A DNA stretch of 64,000 nucleotides. It comes from an uncultured Actinomycetes bacterium (GTDB lineage Bacteria; Actinomycetota; Thermoleophilia; Gaiellales; Gaiellaceae). This document shows, in pieces, positions 61,975 to 64,000 of the stretch; position 1 is the first letter of the stretch, and the number at the start of each line of letters is the position of its first letter. The stretch spans positions 195,269-259,268 of the forward strand of contig CAVVDH010000001.1 in assembly GCA_963746965.1 (NCBI GenBank), in the 5' to 3' direction. The notes beneath the pieces were generated by a model. That model was not told the origin of the DNA. It saw nothing but the letters and a program-made list of their open reading frames with translations, and did not search any database. Both the position numbers and the translations under genes were made by a program.

Positions 61975-63438
61975 TCACCAACGGAGCCCCCGCACCACGG
62001 TGTTGCCTGCTCGGTCACGCAGAACGAGCTTCGCATCTCGCACCCGCGCCGAGAGGTGCAGACGGACGTTCCTGTGCGCGGCGATCAGCACCGACTTGCG
62101 ATGCCCCACGTAGCGGCCCCGGAGCGTCAGACGCGAACGCTCGCTCACGCGCAGGCTCAGTACGTTCTTGCCCCCGCTACGCGTCGTCGAAAGCAAGAGC
62201 AGGCGAGGCTTCGTGTTGTCGACCTTGAGCCGGAAGGGGTCGGTGCACGCACGCTTGCCGTTGACCAGGACCATGGCCCGTAGCCGGGCGACGCGGTTCG
62301 AGCGCAGGTGCCGCCGCGTCTGCACGACGAGGCGGATGACCGGACTGCTCTTCTCCTTGCGGGAGGCGAGAACGTGGCCCGACTTGGTGACCACCTGGCC
62401 GCTGATTCCCGCGGCGACGCTCGTCTTCAGAGGGACGACGACCTTGCCGTGGACCCAGTGCTTGGGGAGCGCCTTCGCGAAGCTGCACGACGCGTAGGTG
62501 CCGCCGCCGCCACCGCCACCGCCACCACCGCCACCGCCGCCACCGCCGCCACCGCCACCGCCACCGCCGCCGCCGCCACCACCGAGGCTGCAGTTCGGGG
62601 CGCAGGCGGGGTCGGGCGTGAGGCGGAACGGCGCCGCGAGGTCGAGCGCGAGCTCCTTGATGGCGTTGTTCGGATTCAGTGCCGTGTTCCCGAATGCGTC
62701 GGCGTCGAGGCCGGAGTAGACGGTCAGCCCGGTGTGGTTGCCGATCGCGCCGTACGACCATGCGAGCACCCAGCCTCCGTTCGGGATGCCCTTGTTCGCC
62801 GCGACGAGCGCCGGCAGCCAGTTCTTGGTTCCGGTCGTCATCGCGTTCATGTCGTTGATCTCGTCCTTGTCCGTCACGAGCTGGTTCGGATCGAGGTAGT
62901 AGGGGCTCTTCGGATCGGCGCTGGCGAGGAAGTTGGTGCCGCTCGGAAACGTGACGACGGAATCGTTGGGCTTCCCCTGGAAGTTCTCGCCGCTGGCCGT
63001 CTCGGAGAACGGATGGATGAATGTCGAGTAGCTCTGCGAGCCCGTGTCGTCGGAGTCCCAGATCACGACCTTGTGCGTGGCGGCGAACGCATCGATCGCG
63101 GCTTGCGCCGACGCCGAAAGGTCACTCCAGCGGAGGCCGTAGAGGATCACGGTGTCGTACGGCTGGAGCGCCGCCGAGGTGACCGCGCTCGTCGCGAGCT
63201 GCGAGAAGTGGTACGCCGACAGCTGGGCGTTCCCGACAGGCAGCGCGGGGACGCCGTAGTAGCCCGGATACGTCTTCGGGGTGAACCCCGGGACCACGAC
63301 GACGTTCGAGCTCGGCTGTGTGCCCCCACCGGCTCCCCGGCTGTGCGCCGGGAACTCCAAGACCGAGACCGACAGCACGAGTGCCGCCAGTCCTGCGATG
63401 AAGATGCGTGCCCGGCGCGGCCGGATCTGACTCGCCAC
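61975..63438 (-). CDS. Secreted two-domain protein joined by a 28-residue polyglycine tract
   Basis: GTG 63438 preceded by AAGGGGGA. RR-containing signal VASQIRPRRARIFIAGLAALVLSVSVLEFPAHS; ~300-aa N-terminal domain; CAPNCSL-G28-TYASCSF; ~125-aa beta-rich C-terminal domain. The track ORF start (63687) adds an implausible N-terminus. Confidence 0.75.
   Translation of the reverse strand: MASQIRPRRARIFIAGLAALVLSVSVLEFPAHSRGAGGGTQPSSNVVVVPGFTPKTYPGYYGVPALPVGNAQLSAYHFSQLATSAVTSAALQPYDTVILYGLRWSDLSASAQAAIDAFAATHKVVIWDSDDTGSQSYSTFIHPFSETASGENFQGKPNDSVVTFPSGTNFLASADPKSPYYLDPNQLVTDKDEINDMNAMTTGTKNWLPALVAANKGIPNGGWVLAWSYGAIGNHTGLTVYSGLDADAFGNTALNPNNAIKELALDLAAPFRLTPDPACAPNCSLGGGGGGGGGGGGGGGGGGGGGGGGGGGGTYASCSFAKALPKHWVHGKVVVPLKTSVAAGISGQVVTKSGHVLASRKEKSSPVIRLVVQTRRHLRSNRVARLRAMVLVNGKRACTDPFRLKVDNTKPRLLLLSTTRSGGKNVLSLRVSERSRLTLRGRYVGHRKSVLIAAHRNVRLHLSARVRDAKLVLRDRAGNTVVRGLRW
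62500..62583 (-). repeat. Imperfect (GGY)28 trinucleotide tract encoding poly-Gly
   Basis: The plus strand reads gcc/acc triplets 28 times without interruption, in frame with the surrounding minus-strand CDS. Confidence 0.95.
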
Positions 63439-64000
63439 TCCCGTCCCCCTTCTCGAGTTGCCCGTACGGCCCCACGGTACGCGCCGGCCGCTCCCGTAGC
63501 GTATTTCGGCGACTCGGCATTTACAAGCGGCACGATCCCTCGAACGGGGGATTCGGGCGAGCTCACGACGGGCCGTTGGCAGCGGAAAGGGATGCCCGGC
63601 TGAGCTGTAACCGCGCCCCGGGCCGCATGGGAGCGTGGGCGGCTTTGTTACCGCGGATCCCTCCAGGAACGGCCCGTACCCCTTCACGGGCCGTTCCGCC
63701 TACCCACGGTGGTCCAGCCGTTCGTACCGCGGCTCCCACTCTCCCGGGCCGCGAGCCGCCTGACAAGATCTGGCAGAGGTAGGAGGAGAGCCCGAGCAGA
63801 CACGCCGGGCACTTCCGTGTGCGCGCCCGAGGACGCCAAAACGATCGAAGCCACCGAGACGCCGAAGGCAATGCACAGGATCCCGGAGACCGGGGTCAGG
63901 ACGGCCGGGGCGTGAGCCGGCAATCCTGGCGCTCGACCTCGCGCCGCGAGGCGAACGGAGCGTCACGACGGACGCTCGCCGGCCTCGGGCGGATGGCGGC

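Noticed and set aside
62498-62719. Plus-strand ORF encoding a 28-residue polyproline tract
   Set aside because: It is the antisense reading of the poly-Gly tract. The minus-strand frame continues into long protein-like domains on both sides, with a signal peptide and an RBS. The plus-strand ORF is short and isolated.
63684-63966. Overlapping minus-strand ORFs (79 and 88 aa) at the window end, one with a hydrophobic N-terminus
   Set aside because: One would use a TTG start. There is no RBS or -10 element and no recognisable motif. The competing frames are equally open, so the evidence is insufficient to call a gene. The region may instead hold the promoter of the poly-Gly protein.

Overview
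This is a high-GC (~70-72%) chromosomal segment that looks actinobacterial or monoderm. Supporting signs are a tad locus without a secretin, GT87/DUF2029 enzymes, many ATGA/GTGA/TTGA stop-start overlaps, and starts that look leaderless. Layout: (i) 1-4.4 kb holds two-component regulators: an OmpR-type RR plus HK, an orphan LuxR-type RR, and a NarL-type RR with a convergent GAF/HisKA_3 kinase. (ii) 5.1-43.6 kb is a ~38 kb cell-envelope glycan super-locus. It contains about 7 GT2, 5 GT4, 1 GT8-like, 3 tandem CgeB-like GT-B paralogues, 4 GT87/DUF2029 paralogues and 3 large GT-C-like membrane proteins. It also has a membrane-anchored polyprenol-phosphate-type GT2, two separate Wzm/Wzt ABC exporters with extended Wzt C-termini, a CE4 deacetylase, an acyltransferase-3, an SDR epimerase, an APH-fold kinase and a degenerate phosphoglycosyl transferase. 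(iii) 43.9-55.5 kb is a Tad/Flp pilus operon: 3 tandem flp, cpaB, tadZ, tadA, a VWA-tadB fusion, tadC, a tadE-like gene, a tadG-like VWA gene, a Cys-rich secreted protein, a prepilin peptidase and a MoxR ATPase. (iv) 56-64 kb holds ftsH, small proteins, and three secreted proteins (a beta-propeller, a beta-helix, and a protein with a 28-glycine linker). I recognised no rRNA, tRNA, CRISPR array, transposase or integrase. About ten genes carry single-nucleotide frame disruptions. These cluster in two zones (7.3-17.1 kb and 51.1-58.7 kb), with none seen in the 34 kb between. All functional calls come from reading motifs in the translations; no database search was run.
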